DNA of 32,000 nucleotides from Candidatus Hadarchaeales archaeon (GTDB lineage: Archaea; Hadarchaeota; Hadarchaeia; Hadarchaeales; Hadarchaeaceae): contig JAWBCC010000004.1 of NCBI GenBank assembly GCA_038823825.1, positions 30,001 through 62,000 of the forward strand, in the 5' to 3' direction. Under the pieces are notes generated by a model. That model had not been told where the DNA came from, did no database searches, and was given only the letters and a program-made list of their open reading frames with translations. Position numbers and translations under genes: made by a program. Shown piece by piece: positions 18,610 to 27,010 of this stretch (its first letter is position 1; each line of letters opens with the position of its first letter).

Positions 18610-19881
18610 GAACTGTCCCCGGCCAGGTTTGCCACAAACTTCTCCATTCTCATAAATTATTTCGCCACGGGAGATGGTTATATCTGAAAAACCGGAAAGC
18701 TCCATTTCCTCATAAGGCGTCCAGCCTGCTGGTTCAATCAACTTCTTAGCGGAGATTTTTTTGTGCGAGGGGTTTAAAATCACAAGATCTGCATCTGAAC
18801 CTTCTCGCAACACACCCTTCCTCGGATAAAGTCTGAAGATTTGAGCAGGCCTAGTTGAAAGAACCTTTACCATTGTCTCTATTGTTATCCTCCCATTCCT
18901 CACGCCGAGTTCAAACATTACGGGTAACAGAGCTTCTATTCCCGGCAAACCTTCAGGAGCGCGTGCCGGCTCAAGGTTTTTTACTTCTTCCATTTTAATG
19001 AAAAAATGACCGCTTGCCACTGCATCTATCGCTCCGATATCTATGGCTTTCCACAGATTCTCTACATCCTCCTTAGACCGCAGTGGTGGACACATTTTTA
19101 AAAGCGGATTTTTCTCCGAATCTTCTTTTGAGAAAACGAGATAGTGAACACAAGTTCCTCCCGAGACCGTTAAATGTTCCTTTTCTGCTTTCGAAAGAAA
19201 AAGGCATGCTTTTTGTGTTGTTATACGTCCGAAGTGAACTGTTGCTCCTGTTTTTCTGACTTTCTCGAGAAGTTCCTCTACCGCTTTTTCTTCGGCTAAA
19301 GGTGGTCTGACCTCTTCGTCAGACTTTTCCTTTATAACTTCTTCGCTTTCAGCATGTGCACACAAGATTAAGTCCAGAGTTTTGGCGATTTTCATCACTT
19401 CGAGAATTTCTTCATTCGTGAGCTTTTCTGGTTCACATGTTCTAATTTTGAAGATTTTAGTTCCAGCGACAGATATCTCAGCCATTTTGGAAATGGACGC
19501 CCCGGTAATCGGTCCAGCTTGAAAACAAAAATCTACAAGGCTGAACTTTTTCATGAACTTAAGAGCCTTCTTTATTTCGAATACATTCGTGAGTTGAAGT
19601 GGTTCCGGAGAAATAAGGACTGTAGTGACTCCGGCTGCTGCCGCGGCAGCCGTCTCCTCTTTAAAAATCTTCCACTTCTGCTTGGAGCGAGTCAAGATAT
19701 GGGCTTCTGTGTCTATTATTCCCGGAATAACCAGTTTATTTTTCGCGTCAATTTCTCTTTCTCCTTTTTCTACCCCACTAACTGAAATTTTCTTTATTTT
19801 GCCATTTTCAATCGACATTTCTCCAGTCACTATGCCCTCTGGCAGAAGAAGCCTAGCGTTTCTGATTACCAGTTCTGACAT
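18595..19881 (-). CDS. Dihydroorotase/hydantoinase-family amidohydrolase homolog with altered metal ligands
   Basis: 'LVIPGIIDTEAHI', 'AAAAAAGVTTVLISPEP', 'AHAES', 'CPPLRSKEDVENLWKAIDIGAIDAVASGHFF', 'STRPAQIFRLYPRKGVLREGSDADLVILNP'. Confidence 0.88.
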   Translation of the reverse strand: MSELVIRNARLLLPEGIVTGEMSIENGKIKKISVSGVEKGEREIDAKNKLVIPGIIDTEAHILTRSKQKWKIFKEETAAAAAAGVTTVLISPEPLQLTNVFEIKKALKFMKKFSLVDFCFQAGPITGASISKMAEISVAGTKIFKIRTCEPEKLTNEEILEVMKIAKTLDLILCAHAESEEVIKEKSDEEVRPPLAEEKAVEELLEKVRKTGATVHFGRITTQKACLFLSKAEKEHLTVSGGTCVHYLVFSKEDSEKNPLLKMCPPLRSKEDVENLWKAIDIGAIDAVASGHFFIKMEEVKNLEPARAPEGLPGIEALLPVMFELGVRNGRITIETMVKVLSTRPAQIFRLYPRKGVLREGSDADLVILNPSHKKISAKKLIEPAGWTPYEEMELSGFSDITISRGEIIYENGEVCGKPGRGQFLTNF

Positions 19882-19949
19882 TTCATTTTCTATGTGTTTT
19901 GAACGTCAAAAAATATATACTTCTATAATGTCTGCATTGTGATGGAAGC

Positions 19950-21254
19950 GTGATGGCAGATCTATTGATCGAGAATGGCCTAGTGTTGACGATGAACAAG
20001 GAGGGTACCATTATCAAAAACGGATTTGTGTTAATCGAGGATGGAAAGATATCTCAGATTGGAAAAGGTTCCATTAAGTTAAAAGCGGATGAAATCATCG
20101 ATGCTCGAGGAAAGATAGTAATGCCTGGATTCGTTTGTGCTCACACACATTTCTCGAGAATTTTAGCTCAAGGAACATCCTTGGGGAACTCCAATATCTT
20201 CAGGATGAAAAACCTCTGGCACAAGATTGACGAAAGTCTTTCTAAAAACGAACTTTGGACCTGTGTGTCTGCATCCTGTCTGCAATACCTCCACAATGGT
20301 GTAACTTTCGTGGCTGGGGTTCTTCCAGGCAGCAATCCATCGGCCGGTATCCTCGGTAGGATCCTTTCCAAGATCCAAGAAATCGGGATAAGAGTTGGCT
20401 TAAGCGTGCTAGCCGATGAACAACATGGAAAGCTGAAGGGTGCCCATGGAATGCGAGAAAACGAAAAACTCATCAAAAAAATCAGGAAGAAAAGACGTCA
20501 GAATGTTGTAGGATTTGTGAGTGTGAAACTAGATCCTTCGACTTCAGAAGAACTTTTGAAGTATGGAAAGGAAATTTCGCAGAGATACAGAGTTCCATTC
20601 CTCCTTCATTCCGAAGACAGCAGGTTGCTACGCGAGGTGAGCTATCAGAAATATGGTGAAAATCCTCTGATTAAGCTCTTCGAGCTTGGAGTTCTCAGAC
20701 AAGGCACCATTCTCGCTCATTGCATTCCTATAAACGGAGAGGAGTTGAAGTTGTTAAAAAACAACGAAACTAAGCTTGGGTATACCATTGCCGATGTTTC
20801 CGAAGCAATCCGTCTTGAGTGGATAGTCTCCGAGAACGTACCTGTGAGTTTGGGAGACGACGGATTGTTGCCAGATCTTCTAGGATTGCTGAAGACAGTC
20901 TATCTTATGACAAAGCTGTCTTCGCTTGGATTGACTTTGAAAACTTCCCAGCTTCTTGAAATGGCAACAAAAAACGGAGCCGAAATGTATGGCGTAAATA
21001 CGGGAATTCTGGAGAAAGGAAAGGCTGCAGACATCGTGATTTTGGATCATTCACACATGCCTGCGCCTCTTAGACCAGCTTGGATTACGGATCAAATAGT
21101 AGGGAACTTCGATGGAAGATTCGTGGATACTGTCATAGTGGACGGTAGAATTGTGAAAAGAGATGGAAAGGTTCTCTCCATCGATGAAGAAAAAACCATT
21201 GAAGAATACCAGAAGATTGCAGAAGAAGTTTGGGATAGAGTAGGGGGAGGTTGA
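19950..21254 (+). CDS. SsnA/MtaD-like amidohydrolase-family protein
   Basis: 'DLLIENGLVLTMNKEG', 'IVMPGFVCAHTHFSRILAQG', 'TILAHC', 'VPVSLGDDG', 'GAEMYGVNTGILEKGKAADIVILD'. Confidence 0.85.
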   Translation: MMADLLIENGLVLTMNKEGTIIKNGFVLIEDGKISQIGKGSIKLKADEIIDARGKIVMPGFVCAHTHFSRILAQGTSLGNSNIFRMKNLWHKIDESLSKNELWTCVSASCLQYLHNGVTFVAGVLPGSNPSAGILGRILSKIQEIGIRVGLSVLADEQHGKLKGAHGMRENEKLIKKIRKKRRQNVVGFVSVKLDPSTSEELLKYGKEISQRYRVPFLLHSEDSRLLREVSYQKYGENPLIKLFELGVLRQGTILAHCIPINGEELKLLKNNETKLGYTIADVSEAIRLEWIVSENVPVSLGDDGLLPDLLGLLKTVYLMTKLSSLGLTLKTSQLLEMATKNGAEMYGVNTGILEKGKAADIVILDHSHMPAPLRPAWITDQIVGNFDGRFVDTVIVDGRIVKRDGKVLSIDEEKTIEEYQKIAEEVWDRVGGG

Positions 21255-21267
21255 GTCTCTGACTGTC

Positions 21268-22341
21268 TTGCAAGTAGAATTGTGTGGGTTAAAGCTTGTT
21301 AATCCAATAATTGCAGGAGCTGGTCCGTTTGGTAAAAATGCGGAAATGATGAGCAGAGCAGCTGAAGGAGGAGCAGCTGCGGTGGTCACGCAGACAATCA
21401 AAGTGGAATCGTGCAAAATGCCGCGTCCCTATCTAGCTAAAACTAGAGATAACCTTTTGAGCGCAGATGGATGGTCTGAGATCCGAGCCGAGATCTGGAT
21501 AAAAGAAGAATTGAAAAAAGCAAAAAAGATCGGTCTTCCGCTAATTGCCAGTGTAGGTGGTGAGCCAGAAGAAATAGAAAAACTTGCTGGAGAAATCGCT
21601 GGAGCAGGAGCCGACGCCATAGAAATCTCGGCCAGACATTCTGGAAAAAATCCATCAAAGGTGGCCGAAGCTGTGAAAGCTGCAAAAAGTTCTGCCAATA
21701 TCCCCGTTTTCGTTAAAGTAGGGATGTACGATAAAGGTCCGCTGGAAATGGCAATCAGTTCAAAAAAGGCTGGAGCAGACGGAATAGTTTGCATGGATGC
21801 GCTCTGGCCAGCCTTGGAGGCTGATATCGAAGTTGCCATGCCAGCTATCGGAACTGCAGAAGGAGCGGGTCTTCTATCGGGTCCGGCAATTAAACCATTG
21901 GCGCTTTATTGGACAGCGAAAATCGCCAAGAATGTTTCGATTCCAATAATAGGCTGCGGAGGAATTTCGTCCGGGAGAGATGCAATAGAATTTATCCAGG
22001 CTGGAGCTTCTGCGGTGCAAATATGCACGGCGGCAATCTTTCGAGGACCGAAAGTTTTCGGAATAATCGCGGACGAGATATTGAAGTTTCTCAGGACAAA
22101 AAACTATTCTTTAGAAGAGGTTAGAGGAAAACTTCTCGGTCGCTTACCGGACTGGCCTCATTTGGAAACTAAACCACCAGAAATCATAGCCACAAGATGT
22201 AATTCTTGTGGGATATGCGTGCAGCAGTGCCCGTCTTCCGCGATGTGGACCTCAGCCCGAGGAATTAGAATAGATTTGTCAAGATGTGACGGATGTGGTT
22301 TATGCGTTTCTGTTTGTCCTTCTAGAGCTCTCAGGTGGTAA
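21268..22341 (+). CDS. Dihydroorotate/dihydropyrimidine dehydrogenase-like (PreA-like) FMN-barrel protein with two C-terminal 4Fe-4S clusters
   Basis: 'NPIIAGAGPFGKNAEMMSRAAEGGAAAVVTQTIK', 'SGPAIKPLALYWTAKIAKNVSIPIIGCGGISSGRDAIEFIQAGASAVQICTA', then 'CNSCGICVQQCP' and 'CDGCGLCVSVCP'; TTG start. Confidence 0.88.
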   Translation: MQVELCGLKLVNPIIAGAGPFGKNAEMMSRAAEGGAAAVVTQTIKVESCKMPRPYLAKTRDNLLSADGWSEIRAEIWIKEELKKAKKIGLPLIASVGGEPEEIEKLAGEIAGAGADAIEISARHSGKNPSKVAEAVKAAKSSANIPVFVKVGMYDKGPLEMAISSKKAGADGIVCMDALWPALEADIEVAMPAIGTAEGAGLLSGPAIKPLALYWTAKIAKNVSIPIIGCGGISSGRDAIEFIQAGASAVQICTAAIFRGPKVFGIIADEILKFLRTKNYSLEEVRGKLLGRLPDWPHLETKPPEIIATRCNSCGICVQQCPSSAMWTSARGIRIDLSRCDGCGLCVSVCPSRALRW

Positions 22342-22400
22342 ATTTCCACATTACAAGAGGAAAATTTTAGAACTTTTGCAGGCTAATCTATTGGATTAGA

Positions 22401-24161
22401 ATGAACGAAGAAGAGATAACAATATGGCAACTGCGGCACAATGGTGTCCTGATTCCGGAGTATAAGCCAGTCGGACTTTCCATCAAGTTTAGAGGAAAGG
22501 AGATAAAACTTACCCCGGAACAGGAAGAAATGGCAGTAGCTTGGGCTAAAAAAATGGATAGTGAGCAGGTCAAAGATCCGGTTTTCGTCAAAAACTTTTT
22601 TAAAGACTTCTGCAAAGCGCTCGGAATTGAAAATGGAAAACCGGAGGATTTTGATTTTTCTGAAGTCAAACAATGGGTAGAGGAAGAAAAAGCTAAGAAA
22701 GAATCGATGACAAAAGATGAAAAAAAGAAGCTTTCCGAAGAGAGGAAAAGAATCAGAGAAGAAAACAAGAAAAAATATGGCATTGCGATAATAAACGGTA
22801 AAGAAGTTGAAATCGCGAATTACACGGTAGAACCTCCATGCATATTCGTGGGTCGTGGAAAACATCCCCTCCGTGGCAGATGGAAACCTAGGATATACCA
22901 CTCCGACATCATACTCAATCTTTCTGAAGATGCTCCTACGCCCCAAACGCCGACTGGAGAGTCGTGGGGAGGGAGGGTTTTCGATCCAAAAGCTTTGTGG
23001 ATCGCCAAATGGAGGGACAAACTCACTGGAAAGATGAAATATGTTTGGATAGCTGAAAACGCGGAGCTGAGACAAATGAGAGAAAAGGAGAAATATGATG
23101 TCGCTAGAAAGCTCGATCAATACATCGAAAAAATTAGGGAACACATATGGAAAAATCTGACATCTGAAGATGAACTCAGAAGGAAAATCGCCACGGTGGC
23201 GTACCTGATAGATGTCCTGAAGCTAAGAGTCGGAGACGAAAAAGACAAGGATGAAGCGGACACTGTTGGCGCAACTACCCTCAGAGGTTCCCACGTTAAA
23301 ATAAACTCGGATAATACAGTAACATTCGACTTTCTTGGAAAAGATTCTGTCAGGTGGGTCAAGAGAGTTAAACTCCCAAAAGAGGTAATCCAAAACCTAA
23401 AATCTTTCATTCGGGGCCCAAGAGATCAAATTTTTGATGGGGTCAAATCGGAACTCGTGAATGAGTTTCTCGGAGAGGTTATGCCAGGGTTGACAGCCAA
23501 GGTTTTCAGGACATACCACGCGACAAAGATTGTCGAAGAATATCTCAACAAGAACCATGTGGATAAAGATGCTCCGGAAATCGAGAAAAAATATGTCGGT
23601 TGCATGGCCAACTTGCAGGCCGCGATAGAATGCAATCACAAGAGAAAACTTCCCAAGAATTGGATAGAGTCCATCAGAAAAAAGGAGGAAAGAGTGAGAA
23701 AACTAAAGGAAGACATCAAAATCGCTAAGAAAAAGATGAATGAGAAGTTGGAGAAACTCGAAGAAAAGTTGAAACAGGAGAAGAAAAAGAGAACTGAAAA
23801 AATCGAAGAGCTGAGTAAGAAACCTTCCAAAAGCAAGAAGATCAGGGAAAGAATAAACAAAGAAAAACTGATGCTGAGGAAAGCTATAGAAAAATACCGA
23901 GAGAAGAAGAAAAGAATTCTCGAAATGTATGAGCATAAAATAAAAAATTTGGAGCTCAAGATAAAGGAGGCTGAAATAAAATTGCAGCTGGCGAAAAAGA
24001 CGAAGGATTATAACTTGATCACCTCTCTCAAAAGCTACATCGATCCTAGAGTTTATGCGTACTGGGCGAAAAAGCTTGGATATGACTGGAAGAAACTATA
24101 TCCGAAAAGCCTCCATAAAAAGTTCTCATGGGTGGATGAAAACGAGAGTATTAAAACATGA
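22401..24161 (+). CDS. DNA topoisomerase IB, eukaryotic type
   Basis: 'LRVGDEKDKDEADTVG', 'FDFLGKDSVRW', 'GLTAKVFRTYHAT', 'ECNHKRKLPKNW' and C-terminal 'SLKSYIDPRVYAYWAKKLGYDWKKLYPKSLHKKFSWVDE', preceded by a long charged linker. Confidence 0.97.
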   Translation: MNEEEITIWQLRHNGVLIPEYKPVGLSIKFRGKEIKLTPEQEEMAVAWAKKMDSEQVKDPVFVKNFFKDFCKALGIENGKPEDFDFSEVKQWVEEEKAKKESMTKDEKKKLSEERKRIREENKKKYGIAIINGKEVEIANYTVEPPCIFVGRGKHPLRGRWKPRIYHSDIILNLSEDAPTPQTPTGESWGGRVFDPKALWIAKWRDKLTGKMKYVWIAENAELRQMREKEKYDVARKLDQYIEKIREHIWKNLTSEDELRRKIATVAYLIDVLKLRVGDEKDKDEADTVGATTLRGSHVKINSDNTVTFDFLGKDSVRWVKRVKLPKEVIQNLKSFIRGPRDQIFDGVKSELVNEFLGEVMPGLTAKVFRTYHATKIVEEYLNKNHVDKDAPEIEKKYVGCMANLQAAIECNHKRKLPKNWIESIRKKEERVRKLKEDIKIAKKKMNEKLEKLEEKLKQEKKKRTEKIEELSKKPSKSKKIRERINKEKLMLRKAIEKYREKKKRILEMYEHKIKNLELKIKEAEIKLQLAKKTKDYNLITSLKSYIDPRVYAYWAKKLGYDWKKLYPKSLHKKFSWVDENESIKT

Positions 24162-24732
24162 CACGTTGGATGAAATTAGACTGATAGTCCTTCATCTTGA
24201 AGAATGTGATCCTAAACGATGTTCCGCTAGGAAGTTAAAGCAGGCAGGTTTTGCTGAAATCGTGAAACGTGCGGGCGAACTTCCCCCTGGGATTCTTTTG
24301 GATCCAACCTCAGAGAGAGCTCTCTCAAGAGAAGATCTGCCAACGGCCGAAAGATTCGGAATAATCGCCATTGACTGCTCTTGGAAAAAGTTAAAGGGGT
24401 TTTCGAGACTGTGGAAAGGAAGACATCCCCGATCGTTGCCCTATTTGGTAGCGGCAAACCCCATCAACTACGGTAGACCGACAATTCTCAGCACTGCTGA
24501 AGCTTTCGCGGCAGCACTTTACATACTCGGCAAACCAGAACTATCGGAAAAAATAATGAGAATCTTCAAATGGGGGCCTGTCTTCATCGAACTTAATAAA
24601 GAGCGGCTAGAAGCCTACATGCGGGCGGGTACGAGCGAGGAAATAGTCAAAATCCAGGAGCATTTTATGGAGATGGAAAGATCCCGTTTGTTAAACAAAA
24701 GCTTATTAAAAGACATGAACCAGTCACCATAA
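24136..24732 (+). CDS. tsr3: rRNA small subunit aminocarboxypropyltransferase Tsr3
   Basis: 'LEECDPKRCSARKLKQAG', 'LLDPTSERALSREDL', 'GIIAIDCSWKKL...RHPRSLPYLVAANPINYGRPTILSTAEAFAAALYILG'. Start refined from 24055; overlaps the topoisomerase gene 3' end. Confidence 0.92.
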   Translation: MKTRVLKHDTLDEIRLIVLHLEECDPKRCSARKLKQAGFAEIVKRAGELPPGILLDPTSERALSREDLPTAERFGIIAIDCSWKKLKGFSRLWKGRHPRSLPYLVAANPINYGRPTILSTAEAFAAALYILGKPELSEKIMRIFKWGPVFIELNKERLEAYMRAGTSEEIVKIQEHFMEMERSRLLNKSLLKDMNQSP

Positions 24733-24742
24733 TGGAGAGAAT

Positions 24743-24904
24743 ATGAGAGAAAGGGAAAGAATGCCTGCAAGCAGGGCCGGGTTGATAAGATATTTTGAGG
24801 AGGAAGGTTTCGGAATAAAGATTGACCCGAAGAAAATGATTTATTTCACGATTGGTTTCATAATCTTCATGATTGGACTTCACATCTTCGGACCGGCGAT
24901 TTAA
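24743..24904 (+). CDS. secG: Preprotein translocase subunit Sec61-beta (SecG), 53 aa; absent from ORF track
   Basis: Manual translation: MRERERMPASRAGLIRYFEEEGFGIKIDPKKMIYFTIGFIIFMIGLHIFGPAI; 'AGLIRYFEEE..GIKIDPK' followed by a single TM helix is the Sec61-beta signature. Confidence 0.92.
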   Translation: MRERERMPASRAGLIRYFEEEGFGIKIDPKKMIYFTIGFIIFMIGLHIFGPAI

Positions 24905-25761
24905 TAATTCCCAATTTTTGCCATCCACTCTAATCTTTTTATACGCTCCTCTGTTGGCGGATGGGTTGAGAAGAGAGAGGCCAATGAAACACCACGGAAT
25001 GGATTCACAATGAAGAGATGGGTGGTCGATGGATTTCCATGATCTAACGGACGCCTAATAACGCTTTCTTGAATCTTTCTCAGGGCTCTCGCTAAAGCTA
25101 GCGGTTTTTTAGAAATCGAGGCACCGGCGGCATCTGCCTCATATTCTCTACCCCGAGAGATAGCAAGCCTGACGAGCATAGCAGCGAAAGGAATGATGGG
25201 GAGAAGCAGTAGAAACAACGGAGATCCCTTCTGTTCCCGTCGCCCACCAGCCAAGAAGGCGAAATAAAACACGTATGTTATTGCCGCTCCGATTATAGCC
25301 GCAATCGTGTTGATCAACATGTCCCGGTTTTTCACATGGGCGACTTCATGGGCAAGGACTCCTTCAAGTTCTTCTTCTGACAGAAGGTCGAGGGCTCCTC
25401 TTGTAACCGCGACAACGGAGTGAGAGGGTGATCTTCCGGTTGCAAAAGCGTTCGGAACATCTGACGGAACAATGGCGATCTTTGGTTTCGGAATTCCAGC
25501 ATTCTTAGCCAAACGTTCTACTATCTTATGGAGCACCGGGTGTTCCTCCTCACTAACCACCTTGGCGCGGTACATAGAAAGCACCCACTTATCTGCATAG
25601 AAATACATGAACAAGTTTAGCGCTATCGCTAGCATGAAGGCGAAGGTAAGAGTGCTGCTAATCGACAAGCCTGTCAAGTAACCCACTATCCAGCCGATTG
25701 CAAGCAGAAGCCCCGTCAGAATACTCATCAGCAGGGCTGTCCGTACTGTTCCGCTCATCAA
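24901..25761 (-). CDS. htpX: Protease HtpX homolog
   Basis: N-terminal TM helices, 'PNAFATGRSP', HExxH 'VLAHEVAHVKNRDM', 'GREYEADAAGA'. Confidence 0.95.
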   Translation of the reverse strand: MMSGTVRTALLMSILTGLLLAIGWIVGYLTGLSISSTLTFAFMLAIALNLFMYFYADKWVLSMYRAKVVSEEEHPVLHKIVERLAKNAGIPKPKIAIVPSDVPNAFATGRSPSHSVVAVTRGALDLLSEEELEGVLAHEVAHVKNRDMLINTIAAIIGAAITYVFYFAFLAGGRREQKGSPLFLLLLPIIPFAAMLVRLAISRGREYEADAAGASISKKPLALARALRKIQESVIRRPLDHGNPSTTHLFIVNPFRGVSLASLFSTHPPTEERIKRLEWMAKIGNY

Positions 25762-25868
25762 TATCTGGTATTGGCGGCGAGGCAGTATAAAAAGAATTCT
25801 CTCAGTGCTCTTTTTTGTACTTTCTTTTAAAGGGGTTCCCTATTGTGAAAATTCGAGCCGAAACCGGA

Positions 25869-26912
25869 CTAAATGACGCCGGTGATTTTTGCCAGCCGCT
25901 CCGCTTCTTTTCTGCCAAGTCCGCCGCCGAGCACGGTGTATCTCTCAGGACGAATTTTGTGGGCAATTGTCAAAGCTTTGACAATGTATTTCGGAGGTAT
26001 ACCTAATTCTTTGGCCGTGGTCGGAGCTCCGATTGTTTTTAGAGCATTTCTTATGATCTCCCAATCTCCACCTTGAAGATATGACATCATTATCGCACCA
26101 ACGCCGCATTGCTCGCCATGGAGAGCTGGTTTAGGAGCAACCATGTCGAGAGCGTGACTAAAAAGATGTTCCGAACCGCTGGCCGGCCTGCTGCTTCCGG
26201 CAATTGCCATGGCAACTCCACTTGATATCAAAGATTTAACGACTTTTCTCACGCTTTCTTCTGTGTATCGCTTAATCACCTTCGCGTTTGCGATTATTAG
26301 CTCCGCGCTGACAATGGAAAGGGTTGCTGCATATTCACTGTAAGGCTCACCTTTGAAGTCTCGAGCGAGTTGCCAATCCCTGACAGCTGTTATGTTGGCA
26401 ACTAAATCCCCACAACCGGAGGCAAGCAATCTGTAAGGGGCTTTTTTGATGATTGCTGTGTCTGCGATTATCGCGATTGGTGCGTGCGCCTGAATTGAAA
26501 CCGGTGATCCGTTATCTCTTACGGATGCCCGCGAGGAAGCAATTCCGTCATGCGAAGCTGCCGTTGGAACTGAAATGAATGGTTTTCCCTCATAGAATGA
26601 GGCCAACTTTGCTACGTCGATGGATTTTCCACCCCCTACTCCCACGAAGAAAGAAACGCCCTTTGAAGACTTTCTAACTTTCTCCACAACCTCCGAGTTT
26701 GCATCTGATATCAGGGAAACCGATGGTTTTATACCGGCTTCGCGCAGTTTTCTTTCCACCGTCCGACCGGCGATATCATACGTTGTTTTGTCAGCCACTA
26801 TCAGAGCCTCACCATGCAGGTCGAGAGCTTGACAAACCTCGGGGATCTTTTCAAGAACAGCACGACCAACCCAAATTTCCCTAGCTAGTTGTATGCGTTT
26901 AGGTTCTTTCAT
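25869..26912 (-). CDS. egsA: sn-glycerol-1-phosphate dehydrogenase (archaeal lipid backbone)
   Basis: 'VGVGGGKSIDVAKLASFYEGKPFISVPTAASHDGIASSRAS', 'GCGDLVANITAVRDWQLA', 'SGSEHLFSHALD', 'LHGEQCGVG'. Confidence 0.95.
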   Translation of the reverse strand: MKEPKRIQLAREIWVGRAVLEKIPEVCQALDLHGEALIVADKTTYDIAGRTVERKLREAGIKPSVSLISDANSEVVEKVRKSSKGVSFFVGVGGGKSIDVAKLASFYEGKPFISVPTAASHDGIASSRASVRDNGSPVSIQAHAPIAIIADTAIIKKAPYRLLASGCGDLVANITAVRDWQLARDFKGEPYSEYAATLSIVSAELIIANAKVIKRYTEESVRKVVKSLISSGVAMAIAGSSRPASGSEHLFSHALDMVAPKPALHGEQCGVGAIMMSYLQGGDWEIIRNALKTIGAPTTAKELGIPPKYIVKALTIAHKIRPERYTVLGGGLGRKEAERLAKITGVI

Positions 26913-27010
26913 CTCTTTCCACTTACGCCTTCACATAAAAATAGACCGCGGTAATCGTCCTCCGAGCAGGTTTATCATAAAGACTTTTAAGGTTGGAAAA
27001 TTCAGAGTAA

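Noticed and set aside
22383-23144. 253-aa minus-strand ORF, Phe/Ser-rich
   Set aside because: Antisense of the Lys/Glu-rich topoisomerase IB; the composition is the complement artefact of AAA/GAA codons.
22478-24161. Possibility that the Lys/Glu-rich stretch in topoisomerase IB is a frameshifted or spurious region
   Set aside because: The frame stays open and the catalytic Tyr domain follows in frame, as expected for the Top1 linker.
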